From Dehalococcoidia bacterium (GTDB taxonomy: Bacteria; Chloroflexota; Dehalococcoidia; Lucifugimonadales; UBA3495): a stretch of DNA of 64,000 nt. The position numbers and the translations under genes were made by a program. The notes below the pieces were generated by a model. The model was not told the DNA's origin. It saw only the letters and a program-made list of their open reading frames with translations, and did not search any database. Positions 60,799 through 64,000 of the stretch are shown in pieces; position 1 is the stretch's first letter; each line of letters begins with the position of its first letter. The DNA lies in the NCBI GenBank assembly GCA_965226915.1, contig CBDDEJ010000010.1, positions 772,190 through 836,189 of the forward strand, given 5' to 3'.

Positions 60799-62515
60799 CC
60801 GAATCCACCGATGGACCCGGATGGAGGGCGTGAGGACAGCGGAAGAGGGGGGAGGGAGTTGCAGGCGCGATGATCCGGGCTCGAATTCGGGTAGACGGGA
60901 GGTTGGCGGGCGGTCGCAGGCGCTTTTGGGGGCGCCGATGGCGGTCTGCAGTGGCTGTGCTGAGCGAGATGGCGGGATAGGACACGGGAAGAGGCGCTCG
61001 CGGACCGGGACTGGCGCGAGTTTGCCGGGACGTTCAGTTGGCCGGATGGCGGGTCAGTTGCAGACGGGTCGTCAGGCTGGGAGTGGCAGGGCGCGCAGCC
61101 GGGCCAGGGCGCGACTGAACTGGGTTTCCCAAGGCCAGCGCTGGGGCAGATGCAGGGTGAGGCGGCGCGCCGAGCGGGTGAGCCGTCCGGCCAGGGAGAA
61201 GAACCGTCGCCTGAGGGTCTTGGTGGTCACGATCTGCTCGCCCAGGCCGATGCGCGCGGTCCAGCGGGCCAGGTTGTGGGCCATCACCTGGACGGCCAGC
61301 CAGGCGCCGTTGGCGGCGAAGCGGCCGGACGGCATGTGGTTCAACCCGACGCCGTACTTGAGGTTGCGTATCGCATTCTCGATCTCGGCGTGGCGGCGGT
61401 GGTCGGCCTCCAGTTCCAGGGTCTCTCCGTCCCGGTCGGTGATGAAGCCGTGATAACTGTAGGTGGCGAAGAGGGCCAGTTGGGAACCGGGGGTCGGCTG
61501 CACCCGCCGGACGATGAGCCGCACCGGCGCGGCGTCCGGCTCACTCTGGAAGGGGGTATAAGTCGTCTCGGCCACAGCGGCGGCGCCGTCCATCCAGTAG
61601 GGAATCGGCGTCCAGGCAGCTTCGGGTATGGCCTCGATGAGATTGCGCAGGCTTTTGTGCTGGCGGATGGTGATGGAGAAGCGCACGTCCAGCTTGCGGC
61701 AGACGGCGGCCACGGCGTGGGTATAGAAGCCGCTGTCGGCCCGCAGGGTGATCTGCCCGCTGGCGCCAGCGTAGCGCACCCGCGCCACCGTCTCCCGCAG
61801 GAAGTGGGCGGCCCCGCGGGCGGTGTTGGCGCGGCCCTCGCGCAGCCGGGACATCAGCACGCCGCCGGCGCCGGCGGCGACGGCCAACAGCGGGTGATAG
61901 CCCCGGGCGCCGGTGTAGCCGTGGTGGCGGGCGCCCTCCTTGGCCAGTCCGTAGGTCTCGCAGATCGTCGAATCAAGGTCGATGGTAAATGGTGCGTCGC
62001 CGGGTCCGGCTCCGGCCTGCCAGGCCCGGGCCAGCAACTCGCGGCTCACCCGGTCCAGTTGGCGGACGTGGCCCCAGCGAAAGCTGCGCAGGAAGGCGCC
62101 CAGGGTGCAGGGCGCCTTGAGCACACTGCCCAGGGTGCAGGCTGTCCCGCCGGCGCGCAGCGCATCGGCGTCGTCGATGCAGTCGCCGCCCGCCAACGCA
62201 GATGCCACCAGCGTCATCATCTTGTCACCGGTGTTGGCTCGGCCTGGGGCCCGGCCCAGGTCCAGGCGCCGGTCAACCAGTTGGGAAAGGCCGAGGTGCA
62301 AGCCAAGGTGGCGGGAAGGAGCAGGCCGGCATTGTTGACCAGGCGGTGGTCGTCGAAGGTGATGTGGATGCGGTCGAGGTGGTTGCGTGGTCGCATCTAT
62401 TGGGTGCTCCTTGTTTCTGGTCGGTTTTCTGTTATAAAACCATTATCCCAGATTCAGAGGAGCACTTCCTTCCCTATCCGCCCTGTCGCGACACGCCCTC
62501 TATCGGTGGATTCGG
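60799..62515 (-). mobile_element. IS1380-family insertion sequence (about 1.7 kb)
   Basis: 14-bp inverted repeat CCGAATCCACCGAT (60799-60812) and ATCGGTGGATTCGG (62502-62515) enclosing the transposase. Confidence 0.7.
61072..62397 (-). pseudogene. IS1380-family transposase with an N-terminal frameshift near 62300
   Basis: MRPRNHLDRIHITFDDHRLVNNAGLLLPATLA, then the frame changes to HLGLSQLVD...DSGFY..HAEIENAIR. Confidence 0.7.
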
Positions 62516-62516
62516 G

Positions 62517-62600
62517 CTTATGCAAAAGCCATTCCAACCGACGGAGCTAACGGATACGGTACGGGAGATATTGGACGGTTCCCGAAAGTCCGCGGTCTGA
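62517..62600 (+). pseudogene. last ~28 codons of a response-regulator receiver domain
   Basis: LMQKPFQPTELTDTVREIL matches the canonical ..KPF...EL...V..L ending. Everything upstream is replaced by the IS. Confidence 0.35.
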
Positions 62601-62830
62601 TCCGGCTTTGGGATACCCGCTGACGGTGCTCGAATTGTGGTTGGTCGAAGTGAAAAGGGTGCAGGGGGTGACAAGCGAGTATTTACTCAGATATTCCGGA
62701 CAGCAGGTTTTGAACTTACCGAGACTGGTATACAGTTAGGTTCCGTTTGGGGCCTTCTCAGCCGTCTTCGGCAAAATCCACGACAAAAACGCCCGAAATC
62801 TCTGATAGAACAAGACGTAGCGGTTGCGGA

Positions 62831-63115
62831 TTACGCAATAAACCGCCAATAGGGCGGTGCACCTCTGTCTTCGTAGCATCGGCCCCAGAGCACATGGGCG
62901 TCTTGATCCCCGGCATGGGATGCAAACTCTTGGGCGGTGCGCGTCTTGCCGATCCCGGGCTCCCCTGAGAGCATTACGAACCGGCCTTGCCCGGACAAAA
63001 CGTCATCTAGGGCGGCTTCAAGTTCTGCCATCTCCCGCCCCCGACCGACGAAAATGCCCTCGGGCCTGATTTGGCGTAACGAACTTAGCTCTGGCCCGGA
63101 CTCTGACTCTGCCAT
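62831..63115 (-). pseudogene. N-terminal fragment of a second AAA_16-type NTPase (paralogue of 56792..58539)
   Basis: FVGRGREMAELE..GEPGIGKTRTAQEFA..WGRCYEDRGAPPYW, after which homology ends. The upstream leader also resembles the 58.6-kb copy. Confidence 0.6.
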
Positions 63116-63490
63116 TCGGTCAGTATAATCGGGCACCTAGGGGGAGTCCAGACCTTCCCAAGTTATCCCACTAAGGATTTCAGTCACCGCTCCATAAAGG
63201 GGTCAGTTGCGCCGAGGCCATCACGACGGCGAAATCAAGCGCACCGATAGGACTTGGTTTTGGTCCGGAAGATTTGAGGAAGATACGGGCCATGGAAATT
63301 CGCCAACGCCGAGCTAGCGTATCGCTGTAGGCGTTCAGCGATAATGGGACACATTGGGGGGTAAAAACCCGAGAAGGGGGAGCGGGAGAGGAGCAGATGC
63401 ATCTCAGTTAGATGTCTACAGGGCCAGGGCCGCTGAGGAGCGGAGCGAATAGACCCGTTCCTTCGTCCGCGTAGTGAAAGCGCCCTAAAT

Positions 63491-63592
63491 CTACTTCTCT
63501 TTTTTCAATTTACGTTTTTCCTTTAGAGTATTTTGTGCAGTTGTCTGTTTTTCCTTTTTAGCTTTATCTTTTTTACCACCCTTATCACCCAT
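63491..63592 (-). CDS. 33-aa lysine-rich small protein (not in the ORF track)
   Basis: MGDKGGKKDKAKKEKQTTAQNTLKEKRKLKKEK. AAGGAG lies 8 nt upstream. Sits in a local AT-rich patch. Confidence 0.4.
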   Translation of the reverse strand: MGDKGGKKDKAKKEKQTTAQNTLKEKRKLKKEK

Positions 63593-63726
63593 TACTTTTG
63601 CTCCTTTGAAAGTGAATCTTCTAGCGGCCCAAGGTTTAAGCCTGATGGGGTTACTGGAAGCGGACTGCCACTATAGTCAGGGATGACATATTATCCAAAA
63701 TTCTCCATTTCGGCTGACCTATGCCT

Positions 63727-64000
63727 TCAGCAAGACCCGAATCGATTAGATTGCAGTTTACCACCGGTCTTTGGGTCTCGGCAACGTTCTCTTGCTCCGG
63801 CGTGGGACAAGGTTTCTGCTATGGACACCCCGTTGTCCAAGACCGTCCGCCAGGGTAGCAGCAGGTCCTTCTGCTGAATGTAGCTCACACGGCCAAGTCT
63901 TTCCCCCAGCCGTCCTTTGTCTTGTCCGCCGTCCCCGCCGCCCAAGCAGACGGTACCGCGGTCCGGTTGGTCCAGTCCGACCGACGATTATGTTCAGCAA
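63727..64000 (-). pseudogene. ABC-transporter ATPase fragment (SsuB/TauB-like), frameshifted, runs off the window
   Basis: LLNIIVG..PTGP.. is in one frame and VSYIQQKDLLLPWRTVLDN in another. Confidence 0.4.

Overview
GC-rich bacterial chromosomal segment of 64 kb. I found no rRNA genes, no CRISPR array and no recognisable defence operon. The organism cannot be named from this window; the gene content loosely resembles uncultured Chloroflexota-type heterotrophs, which is inference only.

Positions 1-52200 look like ordinary backbone. Housekeeping genes are glmU, the dnaG-rpoD operon and tRNA-Ala(GGC). The rest is dominated by paralogous catabolic families:
- amidohydrolases: one at the window start plus two ACMSD-like paralogues
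- an LLM flavin monooxygenase
- three amidase-signature enzymes
- three NHL beta-propellers and an SMP-30 lactonase
- a cyclase, an SDR and an HpaB-like monooxygenase
- a DUF1800/DUF1501 pair
- a peptide-type ABC importer (binding protein and two permeases, no ATPase genes)
- MFS transporters

Positions 52200-64000 are a decayed accessory region. It holds a 5'-truncated, TAG-interrupted large serine recombinase and two NTPase(AAA_16)-TPR paralogue remnants. It also holds a Ser/Thr kinase remnant, a response-regulator tail, and IS630-, IS701- and IS1380-family elements. A broken single-ORF IS66-family element lies at 18.4-19.8 kb.

The most unusual signal is a network of elements that all sit between CTAG tetranucleotides:
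- a 175-bp non-coding element (MITE-A, 4 copies)
- a 149-bp element (MITE-B, 2 copies) whose 17-bp termini equal those of the resident IS701-like element
- an IS630 copy

These stack head-to-tail on shared CTAGs. They interrupt an oxidoreductase gene and the NTPase-TPR gene, and both host frames can be rebuilt by removing them in silico.

Other items worth a second look:
- a protoglobin gene translationally coupled to a catalytically divergent AroQ-like gene
- an AtzG/GatC-like mini-ORF upstream of an amidase
- a 306-bp inverted duplication bracketing a discoidin-domain ORF
- a toxin-first RelE/Phd module next to tRNA-Ala
- several short palindromic repeat families

Many broken genes are broken exactly at homopolymer runs, so sequencing error must be excluded before calling them pseudogenes. 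I did not find a convincing novel multi-gene system, and all family assignments come from motif recognition by eye.
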